Shown: positions 39,390 through 51,819, counted from the first letter of the stretch. The stretch is DNA of 64,000 nucleotides from Sarea resinae (GCA_026026165.1 JAPEUD010000065.1:62001-126000), one strand, 5' to 3'. Notes: generated by a model not told the origin, from the letters alone. Program-made: numbers and translations.

Positions 39390-41885
39390 TCACAGGAATT
39401 TCTCGGCATAACTCCTCAGAGCGGCCAAAAGGATCCTATCAGCCTGACTCTTTTTCTTTTCTCCCCAGCCGTTGTCGTCATCGCCGTCGTTGTCGTCGTC
39501 GCTGTCGTTGTCGTTGTTGCCCGGCCCAAACGACGAAGAAGAAGAAGAGGGCATGAAAGGCAGGGCTTCGACGGCGCAGACGGTGTCGGGGGCCGGTAAG
39601 ACAGACGTCTGAAAGTAAGCCCGGATGGCCTTGGCGGAACAGAGCGATGGCGACGAGATGCTGCAGTGCTGTTTTGGGGTGAGAGGGGTGAGAAAGATTG
39701 CTTTGCTGTGGTTTGGTATGTCATGGGGGTGGGAAGAGGGTATAGATGAGTGGGTTCTGGGAGGGAGGAAAGAGGACGGGACGGGCGGGACGGGCGGGAC
39801 TTACGCCTTCGGAATCTTGCGTCAGCACTATGGAGCTGTTGAATCTGCTAGCCATTTTGTGGGCACTGCGCAGGAAAAGTCCGTCAGTTCTGTATTGGAT
39901 AAAAGTATAGACGGCGAAGAAGGGACAGGCAAGAGATACTTTCTGAGCGGCGTTACGGGATCGCGGGTATTGCCAATATATAAGATCGGATTCGCCGTGT
40001 CTGCTCCCGTAGTCCCCTTGAACCTCCACTTGGGTTCCGCGGTCCAGCCAGAGCAGAAGAGCCGGAGAGCAGCCCATGAGTCTCCGAGCGTCTTACTCTG
40101 CTTCTGGAGCATCTGCCAGTACGCTTTGAAGGCTCCCGGAGAAACCAGATCCGCGTGGGCGCCGTCCGCGCACAAGATCCCCGTCGACGCCTCTTCCGAG
40201 TTCTCGCCCGGTATCATACAAGAGGGATCGTATGGGAGCGCATCGCGGCAGTTGCGTGAGGGATAGGGAGGGCTTCGGGACTTGTACTTCAAATCTGCCA
40301 CCGACGTCGTGTTTTCATGGACGAGATCGGCGAGCACTTGCGCCAGTATAGGAAATCTCTTCAGCGGCGAATATACTGTCTGAAAGATTAGTCGCTTGAG
40401 ATCGCTGTAGGTGATGATCTCGGGTCCGCGGGTGGCCGATGCTGGAACGGGCAGCGGCTGGCTTTTGAGAGAGGCGAGGATGCTCTCCAAAGTCGCTTCG
40501 ATGGCTTTAGGACCCCCGCTATGATAGAAGGGACACTCATCCGGGCCGCCGTTAAAACAATGCTCGTAGAACTTGTGGAACATCTCGTCTGAGTCATGAA
40601 GATTGGTGGTCCAGCCACCTTCATAGTAATCATCTGTGTCTACGGCGCCGTCGAGGACTGCTGTTCCAACTCGATGCGGCTGTAACGTGGCAAAGGTCGC
40701 GCCGATGACGGTGCCATATGAAAGGCCCCAGTACTGGAGTTGTTCCTCACCCTCCCTCCATCGAGTCCGTTCGATTACCTGCTCGCGAGAATAGGGGCTC
40801 GAGCTGGGTTTTCCGGTGGTAGCGAGTATCCCTTTCGGGCTCGAAAGCCATTTATTAGCCTGCCGTTCTCGCCACTCACCATGCCGTTCGATAATCTCCA
40901 CCATATCCGCAATCACTGGCGGAGTGCTCATGAATCGGCCTATGGATTCTTCACCAGCTGCTATCTTGGAGCAGCCCTCGGCATTAGCTTTGGCTCGAGC
41001 GTACGAGACCACAAATGAACTTTCGGAGCTGCCCAGCACTCCATCTGCTTCCACTTGATGCTGCCATATCGATCTGGAATACGAGTCTGGAAAGCACGAG
41101 AGGGAAGGCGTGGTGTTATTGACGCCTCGTGGATCCCAGCTTAGGATGTCGAAGTATTTAGCGGATCGTTCATCGGACAAGGAGCCATTCGAGTCGACAG
41201 GTATCTCGGAGTCGACGATCGTCTGTATGTCTTTGGCAACTCTCCACATCATACTAATTCCAGAGCCCCCAGGACCGCCTTTGACTGATTTCAGCCCTCC
41301 ACTGAAGGAATGCGGCAATCGGCACTTAGCAGCTCACCTGGATTCTGCAGTATGACACCGCCATATCTGGGATCCGTCACCGGAACTTTGGCCGGCAACC
41401 GAGTGATGGCCAATGCTACACTTGCGCCTTTGCCATCTGTGCGGTTCCAGTCCAAGGGAACTTCAAGACGGGCACACTCGAAGTCGCTCTCGCACGGATG
41501 GTAGACCAGATGCTTAGTAGGGGTTATCTGATCACGTAAGCATTGATGTAGGAGAATCGATTGCTGGGCTTATTGGATAGAAGCTATCCACACTTACATC
41601 TCTCCATTGGAAGTGTTCATCTCTAGAGGTCCTTGAAGCAGCATCCAGACTGGCTCCAAAGCAGCTCTTTCCCGCTCGACACCAACTCCCCGTACCAGTC
41701 CAGTGGGTCCAGTATCCCACTAGCAGCCAGGCGGAGAACGAGATCAGGCCGCCCAGAATGACGAGGTGGCGGAGACGGTAGAGGAAAACATTGCCTGGTT
41801 GCTTTGAGCGCGTATCCCCAGTCTGAATAGGTGAATCATCTGGGAGCCATGCCTGCTTGACGTCTCTCTCGGACGTCGAGCTCAT
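39390..41885 (-). CDS. Membrane-anchored alpha/beta hydrolase, TAP-like (tripeptidyl aminopeptidase-like)
   Basis: N-terminal [30 protein letters not shown], nucleophile [28 protein letters not shown]. About five exons. Confidence 0.88.
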
Positions 41886-42477
41886 GATTGTGAAGACACG
41901 ACGTCAAGCTTCCACGTGGGGTGTGGGGTCAAGCTTCAGGGTCCAGATGACGACAGAGAGGTTTCGCTTAAAGGCCGTCCACCGCCAAACGGAAAAGCCT
42001 CACAGATCGCAATTGATCTTCGTGGTCCCGCAGATGTTAGCAAGGGACTGAGGCAGTGTCAGATGCGCGACTTGAAGCTCGCGGAAAGTCACATTGGATG
42101 GCCAAGTCCGAGCATTCATGCAACGAGAATGGCGCGTGGATGGGTGCATGTGCATCTTGCCGCCAGGATACTACAGCCTTGTAAACCCCGCATAATTGAT
42201 CCCGTCCTTCATGCAGGTCTACCACCCATCGTTAACATTGCCAACCAAAACACTGCTTCCAAATTCAGTCAAGATATAACCATCGTGTGAACCGCTGCTG
42301 CCTCAACTTCAATTCATGCCAAATGAATTTTGCATTTCTATTTTGTCAAAGTACACACAAGAAGACAATTCATCGCGGGGCTTTGACTTGAGTTCCTATG
42401 CTCGCATGGAAAGCGTCGAAGGCCCGAAAGCAAAGCCCTCTAGCAAAGCCAAAGGCACCCAATTCACCGTCTATCGA

Positions 42478-43397
42478 TCAGTATCCACAGCTCGCTGCTG
42501 GTACCGGCATTTCCAGAGGGTACGCTCCATCTCCCATCACAACGTCTGGGCCTGGGTTTGGGTACTTGACTTCAGCCGTAGTATGAGGCGTCATGCAGCC
42601 ATTGTCAGTATCAGCAATGAGAAGGCCTGGGCGTTGAGCGAATGAGACAGAAGATGAGGACGGTGCTGCATAGTCGGCATCCGAGGAGGGCGAGGCGGAC
42701 GAAGAGGTACTAGGAGTGATGGTCACGGCCGCGCAATTCATGTTGAATTCTTGTTCGCGATTGAACCAAGTCCTAGAAATTTGTAACGAGACATTAGTTG
42801 AACACACTCAGCCATAAGCGGGAATGCAGTATGATACACAGACGAGGGAGGGATGATGAGGAAGTTAGATTACCAAGCAAAGACGACATCTCCAGTAGGT
42901 ATGTCGGAGGGAACAGTGAAATTGAAATTCTGACCCGCGTCATACCCGCCATTTCGATGGGGACAGTTGCCTTCATACGTAGTGGCGACGTGGAAGGTGT
43001 TACCGTTGTCGGTTGAGAAGCCAACTTGACAGGAACCACCCCAATGATTGCCGATGCCCGTGATACTATTGTTGCAAGATGCGTTAGCAAGGGTTTCCTG
43101 AAAGAGAGAGTGTTCTGATAGATGGAAAACTTACTTGAAATTTTGCGCACTTCCAGCCTCCCACTGAGCTACTGGCGCGCCCTCTGGAGATCCTAGCAGT
43201 GGCAAGTAGCCACGGCACGGGAGAGGAGTTTGCCGTCCGCAACAGTTGTGTGGAAACTGAAGGTAAGGGTCTGAAGGACCATCGAGATGGGGATTGTTTG
43301 AGGCGTTGAACGGAGCCGGGTAGACAAGTTGCATGTGAGCCTGCACCTGCACTGCTAGAAGGAACGTGAGAGAGATGATGATCTCAACGGACTTCAT
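42478..43397 (-). CDS. Secreted AA11-family lytic polysaccharide monooxygenase-like protein
   Basis: Signal peptide ending QVQA, then mature His1 (HMQLVYPAP); NHWGGSCQ; FAWTWFNREQEFNMNCAAV; C-terminal YPNPG. Two introns. Confidence 0.85.
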
Positions 43398-44604
43398 CTT
43401 GCCAGAAGAAAAGTCGACGAGAAGGTTGAGTGTGTCAATGAATGAATGGCTTCTCAAAATGAGCGGTATTGCAAAGAACTGAGGCCTGAGAGGAGGTTGG
43501 GAAAGAGAAGTGTGGAAGTCGAGGGAAGCTGAAGGTCACGAAGGCTTTTGATTCATTTCGAATCAATCAAGAAGTGAATGAATAAGTTCAACAAAGCTGA
43601 TCCTTCTGCTGTTCACCGGAGTGTGCCAATCTCTTGCACAAATGAATACACCGAACAGCGCCGGGCGACAAAGCACAAGGAAAGTGAGGGAGTGAACAGT
43701 GAAAGGTAATCACGACAGTCAAATGCATCCCGTCATCATCCAGTGAGTGACAGCACCGGAGGGCTACCATCAATTATATATGCAGATATTCGGCCATCAC
43801 AGCTTCATACAATAGGGGCCGTAGGCAATATACACCAGCAGGCACATTCGAATGCAGAGGGGAAAGTAGGTTAGCAAGCAAGGCGCCAAATCGGCCACTC
43901 GCAGCCAACAGAGTGATGTTGTTTCAAAGTCGCGATGATTGCTGTGCAGAGAAGCGAGGATACGAGAGCCAGACTCAGAGCGACATGAAATGAAACACGC
44001 ACGAACACGTCTCCTGGCCTGTACTGGCCGTGCTACCTGAGATGGCGTTTTCCTTCTGGAGCAAACATCGGCCTGTCATCTATATATCTGTGCTGGATCG
44101 TGGAGTCTGGAGCTTGGGCCGGGGATTCTGCTTCCATCTACGACTGCATACCGAGGCTATAACAAATGTTACATTCTGCTTGGGCTCACGAGCCACTCTT
44201 CCTATATAATTCCGGGGCATCCATGGCCAGTAATGAGGTATACTGACTTCAACGAGAGAATGCCATCGAAGGTGATGGCCGGCGCGCCAGATTTCTTGCA
44301 TCTTACAGCTTCGCCCCTAGAAGGCAATGGACGAACTCGTTTTCAAATGATGACAACCCTTATTGGTAAGCTCATCTCATATGATTGAACGATCCATGGT
44401 TCATCTTCTGGTGACCCTATTGACCAAAACCCAAAGGGTCAAGGCTGCAATATTGGAAACAAACAAAGTAAACTTATCGCTCACACGCACAAATGCACCG
44501 AGGCAAAGATTATAGACAAATGCAAACGCTTTCAAAAGAAATTCTGATTGACAAAGGCTGAAAGACTTCTCAGCCTCCAGGGCAAACCAAGTCAATCAGT
44601 GTCA

Positions 44605-45396
44605 CTAGCCTGACCTCCCGCCGTATCCACCACGCCCGCCATGGCCTCCACGAGCAGCCCTGTCTCTTCGTCGGCGGATAGCTGCCCGTATAACATCGCT
44701 GTCCGAGTCATAAAGCGCAGCGAATCCATCGCTCTCCGAAGAATCAGACGCAGGATGCCTATACCTGCCTGCGCGATATTCATCACTGTCTGAAGCATCG
44801 AGCGAGGGATGCCTATGCATGTCCACGGGATATGCGTCTCTTGAATTTCCAGTCGTCCTAGGATTGCCAGAGGCCGGGCCAGCCCGAATGCCCTATGGAC
44901 CATATTGTTCCTCCAATCGAGGAAGGAGCCATGGGGGAAGGCGATGATCGTCCCAGCCTGTATATCCACGTGTCCGTAGCTCCTCTACAACCTCTGGGAT
45001 TGACAGTCGATTGAGGAGATTGAGGAAATCGAGGGGTTCGAACTCTAACGCCCCTCGTCGCTGTCGTATAGAACGAAAGTCTTCAGGGCCAGGACCACGG
45101 TGAGCGTGCAGAGGAGGGTAGCCTGGTGGGCCATACACGGGATGAAGTTGAAGATCATTTATGCCACCATATATGCGCTGCCTACGGCGAGCATCTTCTT
45201 CGCTGTCATCATCAGGGTCATGGGGCTGGTCGCTGTCGTCGTCCAAATCGGCGTAGCCTTCCTCGTCGCTGCTGCTGAAGCGTAGGCGATCACGCCTATG
45301 CAAAGGAGGCATTCGTCCTTCTCCGGTTCGAGATCGAGGGGCCGCATTGTCGTCGACTCCGCGTCTTGCTCGTCGAGGATGTTGTCTTCCGTACAT
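44605..45396 (-). pseudogene. Orphan R/D/G-rich gene, copy 1, with a single in-frame TAG (pseudogene, or recoded CDS)
   Basis: ORF 44893-45396 continues in the same frame past TAG 44893-44895 into ORF 44605-44826, with the same composition. TATA-like element near 45530. Confidence 0.5.
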
Positions 45397-45863
45397 TGTT
45401 ATGGGAGCTGTCTTTCACAAAACCGACATGGATGATGCCAAGAGGGGCTTGCGTGTCGGTTGCTTGTTCGTGGTTGGTGATAATTTCAAGAAGATAGCTG
45501 CAAGTTCACTGCTTGTTCGTTGATGTTTTAATATAGAAGAAGACAAAGCATAGCGCGAGTCCAGGGAGATAGCCTTACTTATACCAGCAGTGGCGGCAGG
45601 CGCCCGCCAGCCTTCACCCATGAAGTTGACCACTCCAAGCATATTCACATTCGCATCAACGTCAAATTGGCATCAATCAGATTCACCATCTACTGGCAAT
45701 TATCAAAGGCAGTTATATCATTCTTGCGGTGGCGATGACGAAGTATGCAATCAATCCTGTTGCGGGAGAGCTAAAACTGACGATATCGTATCTGTAGATC
45801 TCGTAGTTCTTGTATTTAGAACATCATTATGATCACGCAAGTCTACAACAAAGTGAGTATATT

Positions 45864-46568
45864 CTATTTAAAGTAAAACAAAATAGAAAGCTCGACACTG
45901 TCGTAGGCAGCATCAAAAGAGCCCGTCCCAACCCCTCCAAAAGAATCCCACCTTCCTCGCCTTCTTCCCATACGATGGTCGCGTTGCATCCGCCCTCCAG
46001 CATTCCTATCGTATTCATGGTCGTCATTGGAATACGAGTCCAAGTCTGAGTAGTAATCACTATCAGGATCATAGTCATGCTGGGGTCCGCTCTGACCTCG
46101 GCCTCGGCCTCTATCTCTACCGCGCCGTCTCCGCCGACGTCTACCCCCAGCATGTGGTGGTGCCGGTCCTCTACCATGCAGTACATTTCCTGGCGCATGT
46201 TCCTGACCTTCCGCTGCAGCTTGGGCCTCCGGAGAGAGGATATCAGGCTCATCTGCCGGGGCTTCCGCGTCCCTCCCCGGATGGACATTGTCCCACGATT
46301 GCTCTTCTACGCTTGGTTCACCAGCTGCCAGCAACTGCCTAACTTCGCGTTCAGGTGCGAGCATCACATTGCCGTCATGGCAGTGGTAGTAGAACCCATG
46401 ATGAGGGTTCCCTGGTCGGATCTCAACGTTGGAGTTTTGCACAAGCATCAGGTCTCCGATTATGATGACATCGCCGTACTCATTGTACATTGGCCAGCAG
46501 CCCCCTTGTAGATTATGCCCACGGCGACGTAGAAGATGAAGTTCTTCGAAGAGGCCCTGACCAGACAT
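45864..46568 (-). CDS. Orphan R/D/G-rich protein, copy 2 (234 aa)
   Basis: Uninterrupted ORF; shares HxG(F/W)xYHC and DILSPEAxAAA with the adjacent ORF. Confidence 0.7.
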   Translation of the reverse strand: MSGQGLFEELHLLRRRGHNLQGGCWPMYNEYGDVIIIGDLMLVQNSNVEIRPGNPHHGFYYHCHDGNVMLAPEREVRQLLAAGEPSVEEQSWDNVHPGRDAEAPADEPDILSPEAQAAAEGQEHAPGNVLHGRGPAPPHAGGRRRRRRRGRDRGRGRGQSGPQHDYDPDSDYYSDLDSYSNDDHEYDRNAGGRMQRDHRMGRRRGRWDSFGGVGTGSFDAAYDSVELSILFYFK

Positions 46569-46906
46569 TGTTGCTGGGCGAATATCTATAACTTCTTTTC
46601 AAAATACCAGAGTTGGACGGGGGTATGTGGGATTGCATTGAAACAGAAATAGTGAGTGAAATATAGATAGTCCATGAAAGAGGAGGGACAAAGAGGAGGA
46701 AGAAGTGCAAGCAAATGCCATTATATGCCTAGCCACCCTGAGCATGCAAGTACGTGACTCACTCTCTGATCCGTGTAAAGCTCATTAATCGTGTCAAATT
46801 GCATCTAGGTTCACTGTATCTCAAGGAATTTCACGGACTGCGTTATTTGCACAAGATCATCTATATTCACTCAAAGCTGTCTCCTTATGACTTGCTACAA
46901 GAAAGC

Positions 46907-47698
46907 CTAATAGTAATCTTCGGGGTCTCTCCTGTATCTCGCTCTCTCGCGTCTCATACGTCGTGCAGACCGCTCCCGCTCTTCGTTCTCATCACTGTCA
47001 GAGCCGGAGTCGTCACTATAGTCAGATTCCGCCTCGACGTCATATTTTTGGTGCCGCTCCCTCCTGCGTCTCGGCTGTCTGTCTCCAGCGAATCGATCAT
47101 TTTCTAAGACACGCTCTGATCTGCCCGCTGCTGCACGAGCCTCTGGAGAGAGGATGTCCTCTCCCTCTGCTATATCCTCTGCCTGTAGAGGGGCGGCTTC
47201 ACGGACCTCAAGCCGATCATGGGCCCTTACGGCACCTCTAGGTTGAACTTCATATCGCGGTGGCTCATCGTCCAGCAGGGCTGCTTGGGCCGCTGCTAGA
47301 TTTCTATTTGCCTGGTCAAATGCAAGGTCATGGTAGCCTTCTCGCCGATGACTATGTCTCCGTTGGCTTCTTGCTTCGCCGTATCGATCTGCCTCTGCAC
47401 CTCTGCTACTGTACTCCAGTCGGGCTTCTCCTGTACCATCGCCAAGCAGCATTGTGACTTCGTACGGATGGGCGGGTATCGGGCGACGGCCAGCGCAGTG
47501 GTAGTGCCACCCATAATGATCATCGTTTCGAGCGACCTGCCAATTACATGCAAGCGGCATTCCATATCCTCTAGAACCAACACGTCTCACTGCGAGAAGC
47601 CCACCTGGGACTGGGAAGACCGCACACGGCGGCCTTCCATATTGACCGAGGAGACGTCGCTGACGACGCTCTTCATAGCCGTAGCCTTGGCCGTACAT
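46907..47698 (-). CDS. Orphan R/D/G-rich protein, copy 3 (263 aa)
   Basis: Uninterrupted ORF, paralogous to copy 2. TATATAAA on the minus strand at 47823-47830. Confidence 0.72.
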   Translation of the reverse strand: MYGQGYGYEERRQRRLLGQYGRPPCAVFPVPGGLLAVRRVGSRGYGMPLACNWQVARNDDHYGWHYHCAGRRPIPAHPYEVTMLLGDGTGEARLEYSSRGAEADRYGEARSQRRHSHRREGYHDLAFDQANRNLAAAQAALLDDEPPRYEVQPRGAVRAHDRLEVREAAPLQAEDIAEGEDILSPEARAAAGRSERVLENDRFAGDRQPRRRRERHQKYDVEAESDYSDDSGSDSDENEERERSARRMRRERARYRRDPEDYY

Positions 47699-49490
47699 TC
47701 TGGTAAGAGCAGTGAGTGTCTAATATGTTTTTGATAATTAGAATGGGCAAGCAAGGAATCCGGGAAGTCGAGTTCTCTGAGAAAGAAGTAAGATGGAGAA
47801 GGAAAGAGGGCCTCCGAAGAGCTTTATATAGCTGAGAAGCTAGGTACTTGCGGTATTGATATGCTCAGATTCACTCACATCCCTCGGCTTCCTAATTACT
47901 ACAGTAGGCCGAGGAAAACATCATTCCTAATCACGCAAAGCTGTATCACTTATACTTCTAGCTATATCAAATTTCTTATCTTATGATGCCGTCTTGCCTT
48001 TGCAGTCCAGCATCAGAAGCTTGATCTTCCCATTGTGCTACTGTTTTGTAAAAAGGGGTCAGAAATGGGAAGCACAAAGAGACTCAGCGCTCTAGCTCTC
48101 GAGCTTTGTTTAGCTCGGATCGCAGAAACCAAATGAGCGAGATTTGTAGAGAAAGACTAGAACGAGCAGTGGGAGCTTCTCCAAGATCAGCGGGCACAGT
48201 TTGGCGATGCTGATGAAATCCCTGCTGACCTCCTCAATTCGTCACGAGTGTTCGAATTCGGCGGGGATTCGAATTTGGTGAGCCAGTACCATTGACAAGC
48301 GCGTTGATTCAAATAGCTCCGGCTAAACGTTTGATGAGTGTGGACCCAAGTGCATGACTGGTCGAGATATACAGGCAATTGCCGCACCAAATCCCGTCCA
48401 GCGAACTTGTCAATGATGAGATAGAGTGAATACAGCTGGGTTCAAAAACATAAATACACTTGAGAACGACTCTCCTCTGCTGGGGATCGAACACACAACC
48501 TTGAGAGCACGAAGTACACCAAGTACCGGCAGGTATCATGCCCCTTCCCAAAACGGCAAATTCACAACAAAGGCCTGCAAAAAGCTCAGGTCCCCTTGTT
48601 GGGAACCCTACGAAAACCTTTCGGGTTTCCTGAGGAGGACAGACTACGAATCTTAAACTCCCGTTCTACGCTCGAGTACATAGGAAAGGTCTCTTTCTCG
48701 ACCCTTTACATTCGACACTTTCCATAAGGGCGAACCCCGAGATTATGCCACAACCCTAACTCGTTGGAAAAGAAGAGTTTATTTGAATCTATATACCCCC
48801 CAGCGCCAGCGCCACTGCGCATGCTCCGTTACAAGTTCTGGATACCTTATCAGCCCACTAAGGCCTTCACCAGGCCAGCCCCAATAATATTTTTAATACT
48901 TTAGTCCTTTCGTCGTCAACGCGTTTATACGTGATCTAGCAAGTCGCTACCTCTGCAATAGCCAAGCTATCGTACTGGCTTTCTGAGATAATTTGATGCC
49001 AAACTACCTATGTATAACCCTCTAGATAATTTATTTCTTAAACTTGAACTTATATCCAGTCAACTCGAGTAGTAGAGCTGGGAGGTTTCTTTTTCTTAAA
49101 TCTCTTTTAGGAAATTGATTTCATAGTATGAGAAAATTAAGTTTTGCAAAGAGCTCGATAATGAAAATTAACTCTAGAAATGAATATCTTTACAATGTAG
49201 TCATTTGTTGAAAGATTGATCGTGACAAAAGACGAGTTGACGGTAATAGGCGCTTGGAAAAGATGATGCTATGTTGCACCTTATCGATAAGGAGCATCAA
49301 CACGCGACACAAGCGCGTACCACTCTCTGTTGTCTCGCTCTTTGGCGCGTCCCCACGGCTTCCGACGGTCGCATCTCTGCGAGTGTTTACGAATCTATTT
49401 CCAAAGTCGCCTTCTTATTTTCCCGGCGGTAAAGACAGTGAGAGGACGCTGAACCTTTTCATCAAGGAGATTTTCCCGTTCCCCGCAACA

Positions 49491-50069
49491 ATGCCACCAC
49501 AGCGTAGAAACTCTGGCTTCTCCAACCGCCAACCGTTCAGACCGCCCCGGCCCTCCAACGGCGTCGACAGTACGCCCTCCTCAAGCACTCCGCGATCTTC
49601 GCATCCCTGTCTCGGCCCTCGAAGTCGTCCTCGGGACCCCAGCGCCGCTCCATCGCCCAGCCATCACCTCGCACACCGCAAGATCAGATCATCCCCGACG
49701 AGGACACCTCCGAGCCCGAGTTCATGCTTGCAGAAATAACGCACGAAGAAGCGCCTACGATTCCACCAAAGCTGCTGCGGGCACTCCTTGAGAAGAAGTT
49801 CGAGGCCGAAGGGACCAAGATCAATAAGGATGCGATGAGGGCGGTGGAGAAGTACATGGATACGTTTGTCAAGGAGGCGATTCATCGGGCCAAGTTTGAG
49901 AGGGAAGAGACTGATGGGTCCGGAGCCAGGAGAGGAGATGCCTTTCTCGAAGTAAGTGGGAATACATGGTTCTCCGTCTCGTCGGATAGCCAATTGATCA
50001 AGTCTCATTTGCTTCGTTCAGGTTGAAGATTTAGAGAAGATGCTGCCACAGCTTTTGCTCGACTTCTGA
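49491..50069 (+). CDS. MHF2: CENP-X/MHF2 histone-fold protein (apparent frameshift in the N-terminal part)
   Basis: PTIPPKLLRALL...TKINKDAMRAVEKYMDTFVKEAIHRA...FLE-VEDLEKMLPQLLLDF*. Intron 49952-50021. ATG 49491 is out of frame with the histone fold; the alternative start is 49724. Confidence 0.85.
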
Positions 50070-50508
50070 CCTCTCTGTTTGATATGAGCAACCGAGGCGC
50101 ATTTCATGTGGTTCAAGGGACGCCGGAATGATTGGTACGGGAAGGGCATGGCGAACGGCGTTGGATTTTACCATATGCGAATCACCACGCCGATCGTGGC
50201 AGCCATTATCTACTCAGTCGTAATCAATCGGTAGTAACGCCTAATGTCAATACCAATTACTCTTTCGATTGCGCATCTCTTCTGTCTCCAATGCTTGCGG
50301 GCGGTGAGTCGGTGATATCGAGAGTCTAGCTCGATTCGGCAAGGATCCGTCGAGAGCGAGGTGACGCGCGCGAATCTCGTGTAAACAATCAATCTATCGA
50401 TCAACCTCTATCAACCTCTATCAACCATCAATCTCGGTCGCAAACCTTCATCTGCTCAATGTTGCCCAACCAACAGTTGATTGAACATATCTCACTCGCG
50501 CACTCACT

Positions 50509-51819
50509 ATGAGCGGGCCAACTCAAGCCGCGACATCGCTGCTGACTGAACATCTGCGCTACACCCCCATCGTAAGTTCCTATCCCCGACCCCACCGCGT
50601 GCCACCCCCCCTTCAGACACTCCCAATCATCAGTTCTGGCTCAAGTAGCTGCTAATACCTACGCAACTAGTCACTCATCGACGACATTATAAATTCAGTG
50701 AATTGTCTGATCTACCACGCCGTCAGCTCCGTCGAAAACGGCCTCTCCTCCACCTCGCCCGCAAACCTCGGGTTCGGGTCCTCCGACCCCAACAATATCC
50801 CGGACACCGACGGCGATGGCAACGTCGTGTACCCCGAGGCTCGGCAGGAGGTAGAGGATGGCGTGCATCAGCTGGAAACGCTGTTCGAGTCCGCAGTGGA
50901 TAAAGATTTCGATAAGCTGGAGATTATAGCATTAAGGTCTATCCTGTCGATTCCGGAGGATCTGGTGCCGTGGGTGAGATTGCAGCATTACGAGGTGAGT
51001 TTTCTTGGTTCTGGTATTTTCCCAGGCTTTGAAGCATTAACGGCAAGCTGATACTTGACCCCGACCCAGAACCTCACCTTCCCCACCGCCCCCGACGCGC
51101 CAACCCCGGAGTCCATAAACCTCCAACGGCGCAAGCTGCGCGAGACCCAGAAACTGTACACGCTCCTCCTGCAGGAACAATCCCGCAACGCCGCCCTGAT
51201 CGTCCAACTACGCGGCCTCCTCGCACCCCCTCCCGACGCGCCCAAAAACAACAGCACCAGCCTCTCGGCCCCCAAGCTACCGAACAACCTCAACAGCGAC
51301 GCCGAAGCCTCGCAGGGCACTTCTACGAAAACGCCCACCCTCGCGTTCCTGACCGCGCACCCCGCGGCGCGCGCCCTGGGCGTCGGCGAAACCCAGGGAC
51401 AAGCCCAGTCGCCTCTGACGACCAACAGCACGTTCCTGCTCTCGCAGCTGCCCGCGCTCCGATCCCTCGTCAACTCGCTGCGACCGTACCTCTCCTCCCT
51501 CATCACTTCCTCCTCTTCTGGCACCGATCCCGCCGTCCGGGGGGCAGCAGGGACGCAAGGCGCGGCTGCCCGCGCCCACCACGAACGCACGCTGTACATC
51601 GAGCGCCAGACCCGGCGCCATCTCGAACGCACGCAGGGCCTGCGGCTCGGCGAGCAGGGCGGCGTGGTCGGCGGCGGCGGCGAGTGGACGGGCGGTGGAC
51701 GCCGGGTCGGGCCCGACGAGGTGGCTGCTTTGGAGAGGGTCGTGGGGGGCTTGGCTGGTGCTGGTCGTGCTGCGGCGGCTGCGGCCGACGAGGACGAGGA
51801 GATGGATGAGGGTGAATGA
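50509..51819 (+). CDS. MIS12: Kinetochore protein Mis12/Mtw1
   Basis: LLTEHLRYTPI-SLIDDIINSVN...EVEDGVHQLETLFESAVDKDFDKLEI. Introns 50572-50670 and 50995-51069. Confidence 0.93.

Noticed and set aside
39390..47698. Secondary-metabolite gene cluster
   Set aside because: No PKS, NRPS, terpene synthase or KR-delimited RiPP precursor; only a hydrolase, an LPMO and orphans.
48000..49250. Possible decayed gene or RIP-mutated TE relic (AT-richer, fragmented frames)
   Set aside because: No recognisable domain, terminal repeats or target-site duplication; needs BLASTX.
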